From the NCBI RefSeq assembly GCF_004010195.1, contig NC_057752.1, positions 13,232,007-13,296,006 of the forward strand: a DNA stretch of 64,000 nt, read 5' to 3'. Source of the stretch: Chiloscyllium plagiosum. Lineage: Eukaryota. The notes below the pieces were generated by a model. It saw only the letters and a list, made by a program, of their open reading frames with translations, ran no database searches and was not told the origin of the DNA. The stretch's first letter is position 1. Each line of letters begins with the position of its first letter. Both the position numbers and the translations under genes were made by a program. Shown here one piece after another: positions 24,700-36,560 of this stretch.

Positions 24700-25495
24700 A
24701 GTTGTTTTTCAGACTGGAGGCCTGTGACCAGTGGAGTGCCACAAGGATCTGTGCTGGGTCCTCTACTTTGTTATTTATATAAATGATTTGGATGAGAGCA
24801 TAAAAGAGGTACTGTTAGTAAGTTTGCAGATGACACCAAAATTGGAGGTGTAGTGGACAGCGAACAACAGGATCTTGACCAGATGGGCCAATGGGCTGAG
24901 AAGTGACAAATGGAGTTTAATTCAGATAAATGCGAGGTGCTGCATTTTGGGAAAGCAAATCTTAGCAGGACTTATACACTTACTCCTTCCTATCGGAAAG
25001 ATGTTGTGAAACTTGAAAGGGTTTAGAAAAGATTTACAAGGATGTTGCCAGGATTTGAGCTACAGGGAGAGGCTGAACAGGCTGGGGCTGTTTTCCCTGG
25101 AGCAGAGGCGGAGGGGTGACCTGATAGAGGTTTATGAAAACTTGAGGGGCATGGATAGGATAAATAGACAAAGTCTTTTCCCGGAGGTGAGGTAGTCCAG
25201 AAGTAGAGGGCATAGGTTTAGGGTGAGGGGGGAAAGATATAAAAGAGACCCAAGGGGCAATGTTTTTCACACAGAGAATGGTGAGTGTATGGAATGAGCT
25301 GCCAGAGGAAGTGGTGGAGGCTGGTACAATTACAACATTTAAAAGGCATTTGGATGGGTATATAAACAGGAAGGGTTTTGGAGGGATATGGGCCGGATGC
25401 TGGCAGGTGGGACTAGATTGGATTGGGATATCTGGTCAGCATGGACGGGTTGGACCGAAGGGTCTGTTTCCATGCTGTACATCTCTAGGACTCTA
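24700..25495 (+). mobile_element. CR1/HER1-like 3' fragment
   Basis: SGVPQGSVLG and KFADDTK motifs; FFTQRMVSVWNELPEEVVEAG; tail. Confidence 0.9.
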
Positions 25496-26202
25496 ATGAC
25501 TGAGAAACTTATGAGTTTGGAAGACAGATTGGAGACATTTTCCTTATGATCTAAGGATATATGATGATTTAATAGCTTTTAAAATAGTGAGGACTCTTGA
25601 AATGGAGCGTATGACCAACTGCTCCTAAACAAAGAAGATGCAAAAAAAAAAAAAAGCAGCAAAGATTTCAAATTATTTGCAAAATGTAGGAAGTCAGCAA
25701 AAAGAAAATTCATACAATGAGTACTTCAGGTCTGAATGCATTGCTGGAGTGTGGTACAGGCTGGTTTGAGAATGAGCGCGCATTATTTCTATTTAATCAA
25801 TCTTCAAATGTACAGGGTTGTGGGGAAAGGACTGGAGGATAGCATTTGGTCATTTGAAGCACCAGTGCAGACATGATGGGCCGAATGGCCGCCTCCTGCT
25901 CCATAACAATTCAGGAGATTCTCACCCTCTCTTCACCAATCCTTCACTTCCATTCCTAAAGATATCAAAATCAACACAGACACTTTTCTACTTGCACTCA
26001 AGCTACTCCTGGCCTCAACACTGCCTGCTGACCTCAAGCAGGAGACCGAATTCCTCGATTTCCATCCTGATCTTACCAACTGCATTTTCAAATTGTAGAT
26101 ACCAAGGAAACAGACTTGAAGCCTCTCCCCCAAGCTTACGAATGTACTTTCCTGCTGAGCAATAAATCAGATCATTCTGGAAACTGTTCTGTCATGGAAC
26201 TT

Positions 26203-26208
26203 TTTATT
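26203..26208 (-). terminator. Candidate polyadenylation signal AATAAA for the Sp5-like gene
   Basis: TTTATT on the plus strand about 870 nt past the stop codon, at the end of a repeat-poor 3' UTR-like stretch. Inference only. Confidence 0.4.
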
Positions 26209-27075
26209 TACATATCATATTTGGCACATTCCTTAAGACCTTTGGATGGTTCAAACACAAGATATGGAATCAAGTCAATTTCTAACATTAATGACTTCAG
26301 TCTTAAAAGGAAAGCAGCGTACAAGCCTACACAACAGCAGTCAATGCTGTCCCTGAAAATCAGTTCCCGGGAACATTGCCCATAGCTGTAAGTCAGAGAT
26401 TATCTTTTTTAAAGAGACAAGACAAAGATGATCAAAAGTTGCCACTTTCAATGTGCACAATGTAGAGTTCTGCCAGAAGAAGAAGAGTGGTCCATAATTT
26501 AGGATTTTGAATGTTCAAAATAGATCTATTGTCAATTCGTAGATCACTTTCAACCATTCTCAGAGTCATCACATCATGCGGTTTCTAATACAGAATGGTT
26601 TAGAAATATACTACCAACCGATGTTATTTTAAGACCACTATCAACCAGATTTCTCCTTCAGTCCAAAATACTTGAATTGCCTCCTCGTTTATCCCTTTTG
26701 TTTCCACAAAATACTGTTTTTGTCCTTCATGCTTCCTACTTCAGTAGGTCTCAAATCAGTATCTTTCCCCACCCCACTTTTTCTGTTGAATAGGTGACCA
26801 ATTTAAGGTTTCATGGGCACAGCCTGTCCAACATTCATGTGTAACTCCACAGCAAAAAAGTTCAATATTCAGTGGTTGAGTGGGAATTCTGGCTGATTTG
26901 TCCCTTCCCTAGCCCAGGGACACTAAGCTAAACACAGTATCCCTTATTGCCACCCTGGCTGAGATCAGCCAACTCAACACAGAGCAGGGATCCAACTTCA
27001 GAACTGCCTGCACTGCATGGCTCAGCAGCACATGAACTGCACGTGTGCCAGAGCCATCAGGGAAGCTGCTTTTCC

Positions 27076-28048
27076 TTATTCCTTCTTGATGTTCTCCAGA
27101 GTCATCATGTGCTTCAGCAGTTTGTTTTGGTGGGTTTTGGTGTGTTTGGAGAGGTGATCACTCCTCATGAACCTTTTGCCACATTCCTGACAGCAGAAGC
27201 GCTTTTCCCCAGTATGTGTCCGTAGATGTCTCTGTAACTCATCAGACCTAGTGAAACTTTTCCCACAAAGGAGCCAGTTGCAAACAAAGGGGCGTTCCCC
27301 AGCATGCCATCGCAGGTGAGCCTTCAGGTGGGAAGTCTTTCCATAGACTTTCCCGCAGCCAGGAATATGGCAGATATGCTGTTTCTTCTTCCCCTGTTCC
27401 CTGCTGCTGTTGGGAGACTGGCAGTTGGGGCACCTACATCGCCTACAACGCCTGGAACAGTTTATAAGGCTCTTGGAAGAGCTCTGAAGTGCAGTTGGCA
27501 ACTGGGTTTGATGGCCTGGAATCAAGGCTCTTCCAAATTGGAGATGGTTAAGATTGAGGGGATTGGGCTGTTGCATGCTCCACCAAGGGATTTCATCAGC
27601 ATGACTTGGAGATACATGCCTAGACTGCAAAGCAGAAGAACTGGGAATGAAGTTGGAGAAGTTTGGAACAATTCCATTACCAGCATCGGGGCAAGAATAA
27701 GCAGAACTTGCAGGAACCGAACTAGTCAAAATCTTCACGGAAGACAGCTCAAACGTGTAGACTGATTCTGCTGGAGGGGTCAGGGGGAGTTCACGTGAAC
27801 CTAAAGCTGATGGTGCTGTTCCACAGGAATACTGAGCCTTTGGAGGACCGAACGACATTGTGCGAGAGCCTCCAAATGCTTCATTGCTCCAAAACTGGAA
27901 CATTCCTGAAGTGGACTCCATAGAAGTATCATATTGAAGTGGAGGAACGTCTGCAGAGGTTGGTCCAACTGGTCCGACTCTTCCACAGGTAGCAGCCAAC
28001 ATGGACAAATACGTTGCTGATGCTCGTGAAGAAAAAGATGGGATGTTC
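27076..28048 (-). CDS. sp5l: Transcription factor Sp5-like, main coding exon (Sp box, buttonhead box, three C2H2 zinc fingers)
   Basis: Sp box [12 protein letters not shown]; Sp5-type ELPLTPPAE; Btd box [12 protein letters not shown]; fingers [46 protein letters not shown] and [21 protein letters not shown]; stop TAA 27076-27078. Poly-T acceptor TTTTGTAG| at 28049/28048. First in-frame ATG is 28002 (the track's 28008 start is TTG). The sp5l versus sp5 assignment is by recognition and less certain than the family call. Confidence 0.93.
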
Positions 28049-28484
28049 CTACAAAAAAAAAAGGGAGCTGGGGGGAAAGAGGAGAAGAAAAAGGAAATGG
28101 AAGAGAGAGTAAATAAAGTTAAGTTTGAAATTGAACAAAAATATAGTCACTTTTTCGTAACATCACTACACTTTAGTTTCCCCCACAATCAGTTGATGAA
28201 AATAAGTTATTCTACAAGAGGGAGATATAATGGGTACCTCTTGAAACCCACTCAGACCCACCTAGTAGACAGAAACTGCCATGGCATTGTGACAAAGAAA
28301 TGTTGACATAGCAATTTACAATAGCAAGTGTTAATTCAAAAGAGGTGATCAAAACAAAAAAGTGACAAATTTAACATTGTGAACAGCAACTGCATATTTT
28401 TGACTTGAGATGCTTAGGCAGAAAACTCAGTTGTCACTCAAACAACAGTCAGTGGGGACCGAATCTTCTGTTAGAAGACCAGTG

Positions 28485-29120
28485 AGACCATAAGAAATAG
28501 GAACAGGAACATGGCTGATCCAACATTCTTCATGTCCATTTTCCTCCCCTTTCCCTGTAACCCTCGATTCCCCAACTGATCAAGAATATCTCAGCCTTAA
28601 AATATACACAAGGACTCTGCCCCCACAGCTTTCTGTGCCAAGGAATTCCAAAGACTCTAAACCCTCAGAAGAAATTCCTCATCTCAGTCTTAAATTGACG
28701 TCCCTTTATTTGGATACTATGCTAGAGGGGAAACATCTTCTCAGCATTCACCCTGTCAAGCTCCTTAATAATCTTACGTTTCAATGAGATCACCTCTCAT
28801 TCTTCTAAATACCAACAAGTAAAAGTCCCAACCTGTTCAGCCTTTGCTCATAAGGCAATCCCTCCACACCAGGGATCATCCTAGTGAACCTTCTCTGAAC
28901 TGTCTCCAATGAAATGACATCTTTCTGTAAATAAGGGACCAGAACTGTTGACAGTACTCCAGATGTGGTCTCACCAGCACCTTGTACAGATGTCCCTACC
29001 TCATACACCAACCCTCTTGAAATAAGGACCAATATTCCATTAGCTTTCCTGGTTACCTGCTACCCTAATGCACTAGCTTTATGGTTCATGCACAAGTCTC
29101 ACTAGCACCTTGTACAGTTG
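28485..29120 (-). mobile_element. CR1-like 3' fragment
   Basis: KDVISLETVQRRFTRMIPG...; same subfamily as about 45000-45965. Confidence 0.85.
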
Positions 29121-29498
29121 TAGTCACAAGTGTACAATTTGATCAAGTTGCAACTTCCTAACTACTGGGGATGTTGCAAGGGATAAAAGAGAGACATTAG
29201 CATTGTCACATGTAGACTGACCAGGTGCAAGTTTCACCATTGTATTGGCGTATCATCCAATGAGAACAGAATTGAGTATTGAAACATGGAGATCAGAACA
29301 AGTCACAGCCATACATTTTCTGCTCACTTTTTTTCCCTCCCTTTTGCAGGTAAGATTGAGGTGAACAATTATGTTTTTAAAAAAATGCACAAGTTGTGAA
29401 CACTACTCGGACTTATTGCCTTCAAAAATCTGAGTTGTACATTAGTAGCAGGGAGCTGGACAGGAATGGAGTCTTTAAAAGTAGATTATGCTTTAGTT

Positions 29499-30053
29499 AG
29501 GAGAAAGTGAGGACTGCAGATGCTGGAGATCAGAGCCGGAAAAAATGTGTTGCTGGAAAAGCACAGCAGGTCAGGCAGCATCCAAGGAGCAGGAGAATCG
29601 ACATTTCGGGTATAAGCCCTTCTTCAGGAATGAGGAGGGTGTGCCAAGCAGGCTAAGATAAAAAGGTAGGGAGGAGGGACATGGGGGAGGGGCATTGGGA
29701 ATGCAATAGGTGGAAGGAGGTTAAGGTGAGGGCGATAGGCCGGAGGGGATGGGGGCGGAGAGTCGGGAAGAAGATTGCAGGTCAAGAAGGCGGTGCTGAG
29801 TTCAAGGGTTGACACCTGGAGATAAGGTGGGGGGAGGGGAAATGAGGAAGCTGGGAGAAATCTGCATTCATCCCTTGTGGTTGAAGGGTTCCTAGGCGGA
29901 AGATGAGGCGCTCTTCCTCCAGGCGTCGTGTTGCCATGGTCTGGCGATGGAGGAGGCCAAAGACCTGCATGTCCTTGGCGGAGTGGGAGGGGGGAGTTAA
30001 ACTGTTCAGCCATGGGGCGGTTGGTGCGGGTGTCCCAGAGGTGTTCTCTGAAA
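29499..30053 (-). mobile_element. PLE family A 3' fragment (GIY-YIG C-terminus and terminus)
   Basis: FREHLWDTR...MQVFGLLHRQTMATRRLEEERLIFRLGTLQPQGMN; degenerate hammerhead at about 29596-29631. Confidence 0.9.
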
Positions 30054-31626
30054 CAGGCAATAAATGCTGGCTTGGCAGTGCTACCCAAATTGCCTGAAAT
30101 GGGTGGGGTCAAGCTCCCACAGAACCAGGATTTTTAGTTTTTGTATTATAGTAGCAGTTGCTGGAGTCACGAAGCTGGGTGGAAGCTGCAGTACATCGCT
30201 CCCTGCTACTGTCCTCTCACGCTGTTCTGTTACCCGCTCCCCGGACTGGAGAACTGAGAGTCAGCTTTTTTTAAATACACTGAACTTGCCTTTTGCCAAG
30301 GGTGTGTCTATAGAGTGTTACTATATTGGAACACTTAGTTAATGTATCGATTAGTTCATTAAACATTGATAGTTACAGTTAAGACAATTACTTAGATTAG
30401 ATTACCTAGTGTGGAAACAGGCCCTTCGGCCCAACAAGTCCACACCGACCCGCTGAAGCACAACCCACCCGACCCATTCCCCACACCTAACACTACGGGC
30501 AATTTAGCATGGCCAATTCACCCAACCTGCACATTTTTTGGAATGTGGGAGGAAATAGTGTGTGTTTTGCTCAACAGTAGTTTGACCAATTGAATTGCAT
30601 CTGGAATACAACACCTTACACTTGGGTTTAAAATAAGAAAAAAGTTGGGTCTAGACGATCTTCTGAATATATTTTGGAGGGGGTTTGGCTTGGTCTACAA
30701 CATAATGGACAGGCCCTACACAGTGCTTCACGATAGACAGGGGTAGCTGTTTGAATGTTATCCAAATTTGTTATCCACAAGAGGTCGGTGTCCCATTCCT
30801 CACAGATAATAAGGGCTGTTTACAGTATTGGTCTCTGTTACATAAGAAGGAGGACTGTAAAATGTATTGGAAGTAGATCAAGAGATGATTTATCAGAGTC
30901 TTATCCGGATTGGTTGGGTTATTTTACAAAAGGAAAGATTGGACTTGACAGGGTGGGGGGGTAGTGGTGTCTAGAAGTAGGAGTCACTGTTTCAAACTAA
31001 AAAAAGGTGATGCTGCCCATTTAAACCAAGGCACATTTGAGGGTAGTAAGTCTTTGGAACTCTCTGCTTTAATCATCTTAGTAACAAAAAGAAAAAAAAA
31101 AGTCTTGAAATATTTTGAAAGGCAGAGGAAGTTTGAGGAACCACGAGGTGAAAAGGTTATCAGGAATAGTTGGGAATGTGGAGTCAGCTTTTTATTTTGC
31201 ATGGTGTGGCATCTTAAAAAAAAAAAGAAAAAAAAGGGGGCAGAGATGCCTACTGCTGTTCTTAATTCATGTGGTCATACGTACACCTTTTGTGGGGAAA
31301 AAACCCAAGACGAATCAGCCAAGGTGACCACTGCCACCTTGCTGCAAGTGAACAGATGCCAGGACTACCAAAACGGTTCATAAGACAAAGACACTAACAA
31401 AAGAAATGAGTGGCCTCAGAAGTCTGCTGTGTCATTCAGAAAGATCCTGGTTGGATTTTTAACCTTGGTTCCACTTTTCTTACACTATTCCCATTTCCCC
31501 TTAACTCCCTTAGATCTGTGTTGAAGATCATAGAATCCCAACAGTGTGGAAGCAGACCATTCTGCCCACTGAGTCAGCACAATCCCCCCAAAGACCATCC
31601 TATCCCCACATTTACCAATGGCTAAT

Positions 31627-32358
31627 CATTATGAAGTTGAAGGCAATGTACTGTACTGGAGTGTGAATGCTGTTCTGAACCAAGAGATTACAAACATCTG
31701 TGTATATGACTAGATGGCAGTCCCAAAGTGTACTGGAAAATTGACAATACATAACAAGTGGCTGTGAAATAGATACTGGAGTTGGTTGCTGTTTTGACAA
31801 CAATTCGAATTCAACCAGTTTAAATTGTGTCCCAGGATACTAAGACCCAATAGAGAGGTTTGATTTTATTGTTTCACCAACATTGAACCACAGACTATCC
31901 AATGTTGGGGATATAAGAGGGCGGACATTTTGAAGATTGCAGGGAACAACTGCCATAGAGACAGACCCAAGAAATTAGGAATATAGGAAACATATTTGCA
32001 GTAATAAGATGACAACACAGGAAGATCTTCAGCCAGAAGACAGACAGACACCAAAGATGATAGCAGCTGTGCAATTTTGAAATTAAGTTGATGTAATTTT
32101 ATTAGAGTGTTTATTGGAGCAGCATATTGTTATAGAGTTAAGGCAGATAATAAGCAGTTAAGAGAAAGGGGGGCTTGGAGTTGTGAATAGTTGCTATTTA
32201 ATGTTCACTTGAGAGAGTTAAAAAATAAATTGATGTTATTTTCTTTAACTAGTGGGATTTGGGAGTTCTCTGACGCTCATTTTAAGATTATGAGAGGAGG
32301 TGAGCTTTTCTAGGCACTTGGTTTAATTAACAGAGAGGTTCACCACCATTTCGTAACA
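31627..32358. mobile_element. Probable Gypsy solo LTR inserted into an HE1-like SINE, 4-bp TSD TAAT
   Basis: Termini CATTATGAA...TTCGTAACA (imperfect inverted); TAAT at 31623-31626 and 32359-32362. The SINE reads through across the insertion (GGCTAAT|CCACCGGACCTGCACATC). Internal AATAAA. Confidence 0.65.
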
Positions 32359-32861
32359 TAATCCACCGGACCTGCACATCTTTGGACCTTGGGAGGAAAC
32401 CCATGCAGACACGGGGAGAACGTGCAAAGATAGTCAACAACTGAGCATCCACAGCCCTTGGATAGAGAATTCCAAAAGATTCACAACCAAGTGAAGAACT
32501 TTCAGTCCTGAATGATCAATTTCTTAAATCTGAGACATATACTCCATCCAGCCCTCCCAATTTTTATACAAAAAAAAATCAATGACATCACCACTCATTT
32601 TTCTAAATTTGAGATTATAGGCCCATTCTATGCTGTCATCCCAAGAACTAATTGAGTAGACTACCAATAGTTACTGCCTAGTTTACCCATATGACAACTG
32701 CTCAAGTGAGTTCAACACTACATGGAACTTTACCTCAGCCCGAATAAACCAGTTATTTTATTGCAAGTGAACAGAGAGATGTTACAAAGCTGGAACACTA
32801 CCTTGAATTAAGTTAAAAATCACAACACCAGGTTATAGTCCCACCGGTTTAATTGGAAGCA

Positions 32862-32896
32862 CACTAGCTTTCGGAGCGACGCTCCTTCTTCAGGTG
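32862..32896 (-). ncRNA. Minimal hammerhead ribozyme (PLE family B), left arm
   Basis: CAC-CUGAAGA-A-GGAGC-GUC-GCUCC-GAAA-GC-UA-GUG: helix I CAC/GUG, 5-bp helix II, palindromic AGCU helix III. Confidence 0.8.
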
Positions 32897-33104
32897 ATAG
32901 TGGAGTGCTCGATCGTAACACAGAATTTATAGCAAAAATTTGCAGTGTGATGTAACTGAAATTATACATTGAAAAATTGATTGTCTGTTAAGCCTTTCAT
33001 TTGTTAGGCTTAACAGACAATCAATTTTTCAATGTATAATTTCAGTTACATCACACTGCAAATTTTTGCTATAAATTCTGTGTTACGATCGAGCCCTCCA
33101 CTAT

Positions 33105-33139
33105 CACCTGATGAAGGAGCGTCGCTCCGAAAGCTAGTG
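33105..33139 (+). ncRNA. Minimal hammerhead ribozyme (PLE family B), right arm
   Basis: CAC-CUGAUGA-A-GGAGC-GUC-GCUCC-GAAA-GC-UA-GUG; canonical core, predicted cleavage after CUA (33136). Confidence 0.82.
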
Positions 33140-33749
33140 TGCTTCCAATTAAACCGGTTGGACTACAACCTGGCGGTGTGATTTTTAACTTTGTACACCC
33201 CAGTCCAACACCGGCATTTCCAAATCTCGAATTAAGTGGTGATTGTAGGACTTGGCCCCAGGCGAAAACTCAAAAGGCTAAAGTCAAGGATTGACATCAA
33301 GATGTTTTTTTTTTAAAAAGAAAAAAAGGACAACTGACATGGAATAGACAAGGGTGGTGGAGGCAAAAATTTTCAAATGGTCTGAGAGCAATTGAATGCT
33401 TAGTGGTTGAGTTCCAGGTGGACAAACTGTGTGGGCTTAAAATTACTTTCTTCATCTGTAATTATCTTAAAATAGTTCTCTCAAAATTTAAAGACTGCAC
33501 AATATTTAAGTGATTTTTTTTAAACTGGAGGTTATTTGAAAATACAAACAAGTGACTTTTAGTGCTCACAAGACTATGACAGGATAAGGAACCTATGTTG
33601 ATGGTCAAAATGAAATGTACAAAGTCAGCCATAATAGATCAGGCTTGAGGTTAAATGCCATCTTCCCTTTCCAATAAAGGAACTGATGGCTTCCCCACAG
33701 AAAATTCCTAACTGAACCTTTCTTTAAAGGAGCAGCTTTGTATCAATTG

Positions 33750-35860
33750 TAACAAGGTCAGCCAGGTGGCCCTCCAGAGTTCCCAGATTGGGCTAGGAAT
33801 CTGGCCGAATCAGGGAGTCCTGACAGATACAAAACAGGAGCGTCAGACATCCTGCTCACTCAGCTGGTTGAGCAAGCCAGATCAGTGTCAAGGACCGTCC
33901 ATGTGTAAATAAAGGGAAACTTGGTGACAGGATGCCAGCCGCTAGAGAGGAGAGAGTTTTGCCAGGACTGAAACTTTCTCCAGAGTCTGATATCATCAGC
34001 TGCAATTGTAAAAATGTTAAATCTTTACGGACTCTTACACCACCAGTGGTACGGCCACTGGATCCGCCAGGAGGTAGCTCAGCGTACTCACTCATTTCCT
34101 GCTTGACCTCACAGATGGTGTTCTGATTCGTAATTTATAAGCACTTAGAATTAGAGCTGACCTCTAAATTTAGCCTGAAGCCACGGGCAGCATGGCCTCA
34201 TCCTCAGAGTAGACAAAGTAGGAGTTTGTGGCCTGTTATTATGTACGAATTTACACCTGTAAAAACAGGTATTGGTAGAATTTCCTGACTCCAAATGTGA
34301 TCGCCAAACCTTCCTTCGCCATCTGGGCATATTTATGCACTGCACTAGCCAAAGTCCTGAATGCATTTGCTTTTGGGTGTTCCTCTCCATTAGGCCACCC
34401 CATGAGTTAATACTAACCCAACGCCATACAGGAAGGCATCGTATGTTAACAGATCTCACTTGGAATCGGTGTGCCAACACCATCGAGGAGGATAGCTGTT
34501 TCTTTACTTCCCTGAAAAGCTACAGCTTACCTACACAACCATTTCCACAGCTGACCCTTATTTGAGAGTCCATGCAAAAGGTGCCAGAATGGAGGCCAGA
34601 TGATGTATGAACTTTCCGTAATAATTCACCAGCCCAAGGAAAGACCCAAGCTCTGGGATACCTTTGATCACCCGATCTTCCACTGAAAGGTGGTACAGGA
34701 TGACAATCCTGCAAAATGACAGTCTCATATTGGTACAAATCCTTATAGTTAGTAATTGTAGCATTCTTCTAAGAATCCTGTTCTAACTGCAACTGCAGGT
34801 ACACATGGCTTTTGTCCAGCTTTGTGAAGAACAACCCTCCAGCCATCTTTACACATAAATCCTCTAAGCAAGGGATTGAGTTTTTATCCAGCTGAAAAGA
34901 AAAAGTGGTTGACCTGTTTGTTCAAAGTCCCCGCAAAGGTGAACCAATCTGTTGGGTTTCACAAATCTGTGCTGTCCATTCCACAAACTGGACTGATTTG
35001 AAGATTCCTTTGTTTCCCAGCCTCCTGATTTCTGCCTCTACTTTCACTCGTAAAAGGTTAATGGAACTGAGCAGGCCTTGCAAAAATCACAATTGCTTCC
35101 TGGTCAACATGCAAGGTGAAAATGTGTTGCTGGAAAAGCGCAGTAGGTCAGGCAGCATCCAACTTAATCCTTGTAGAGGGAGGAAGAGAGCTTCTTCAAG
35201 GAAGGCATCCTTGTAAGAGGATTCGCAGTAGGTTAAAGTTGGCCTTGGCTCCTTTAATAGTAGCTGGAAATGTGTTGCTGGAAAAGCGCAGCAGGTCAGG
35301 CAGCATCCAGGGAACAGGAGAATCGACGTTTCGGGCATAAGCCCTTCTTCAGGAAAGGGTGTCAGTGGAAGGGTACTGGTTGGTACGGCGGGAAAGAAAG
35401 AAGTGGCGGGCTTGGAGTCCTTCGTGATGGGGGATGGAGGTGTCCAGGGACTGGATGTCCATGGTGAAAATAAGGCGTTGGGGCGCCTTTAATAGTACCT
35501 AGACCTTCTTGGGGAAAAAAAAAGGTCTGGATATTTAATTAGGACTTCACTCAGGCAGCCATTTTCTAAGTCAAAAAATTGTGACCCAACCTAGGTGAAT
35601 CTTTCTCAACCAATTTCACCCCATTACACTTGGGTCCGAGCCTTTTACTACAGTCAGTGGGAACTCAACCAGCTGTTTCTCATATGATCCACATGCTTGT
35701 TCAGGACCATCGTAACTATTTGAATTCTATAAGTCATGGACCTGACCTCACTTCGACCATGCCTCTTCCCCACGCATGGCCATTCTTGTGGTTCCTACAC
35801 CAACCTTCATCTCTCAAAATAAACGGTCTCGCTTAATGGAGTCTCGTGTCCACATTGATT
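33750..35860 (-). mobile_element. Decayed Gypsy LTR retrotransposon remnants (pol fragments on minus; LTR-like block about 33750-33950)
   Basis: PELGSFLGLVNYYGKFI (Gypsy RT/RNase H junction); IPCLEDL...FFTKLDKSHVYLQL-like RT motif near 34790-34885. Confidence 0.7.
35263..35485 (-). mobile_element. Internally deleted PLE family A mini-element with intact hammerhead (35321-35356) and 12-bp TSD
   Basis: CCTTTAATAGTA at 35251-35262 and 35486-35497. RT fragment QRLIFTMDIQSL...SIPHHEGLQA is joined directly to the terminus. Confidence 0.85.
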
Positions 35861-36433
35861 TCCGCATCAGGAACGCCAAACTTGAAACTGAAAAGAGTTC
35901 TGATTGGGCTACCAGAAAGTCAGATATGATCATTTGTGGAATTGGAGTCTCATGATTTTACTCCCTCCTCTAGGGAAGTAGATTAGTTCATTATTTTGCT
36001 ACTGAATCACTATTTCTGCTCTGAGCATGTTGATTTGTGGGGATTATTTTCCAAAGAGTATTTCGACTAGAATGGAACCTGAATTGGACAATTAGTTAAA
36101 GCAAACCATGTCAACACCCCTAGCAATAACTGACCACCTTAGTTCTTTCATCCATGGAACATGGGCATTGCTGGCTAGGTTGGCATTTATTGCTGAGGGC
36201 ACTTAAGGGGCAGCCACATTGCTGTGGGCCTAGAGGCACGTGTAGGCGAGACCAGGTAAGGAAGGCAGACTCCCTGCCCCAAAAAGGGGGATTAGTGAAC
36301 CAGATTAAGACAATATGTTCCACCAACCCACGTTAAAAAAAATGACATAGGTAGATATCCGCTAATAGGATTGGAACTACCTAGAATATATAATGCATTC
36401 AAATATCTTGTCCACCTCCAAATATCTGAACTC

Positions 36434-36560
36434 AAGTACCTGATGAAGAAAGAGCAGCGCTCTGAAAGCTTGTACTTCCAAATAAACCTGTTGGACGATA
36501 ACCTGCTGTTGTGATTTTTAACCTTTGTCTATCCCAGTCCAACACCGGCTGCTCCACATG
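36434..36560 (+). mobile_element. PLE family B terminus with variant hammerhead (36434-36477)
   Basis: AAGUAC-CUGAUGA-AGAA-AGAGC-AGC-GCUCU-GAAA-GC-UU-GUACUU followed by the family B tail CCCAGTCCAACACCGGC. Confidence 0.75.

Larger units (their letters stand above)
32810..33228. mobile_element. PLE family B inverted-terminus element: 186-bp arms (32810-32995 and 33006-33191), 10-nt loop, 9-bp TSD
   Basis: Near-perfect palindrome read directly. GAATTAAGT at 32805-32813 and 33229-33237. The arms match the terminus of the PLE at 60970. Confidence 0.92.

Noticed and set aside
29172..30702. Possible solo LTR (TGTTGCA...TACAACA) hosting PLE and SINE inserts; similar candidate at about 20565-21308
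   Set aside because: The termini are suggestive but I found no matching TSD, so the boundaries cannot be supported.
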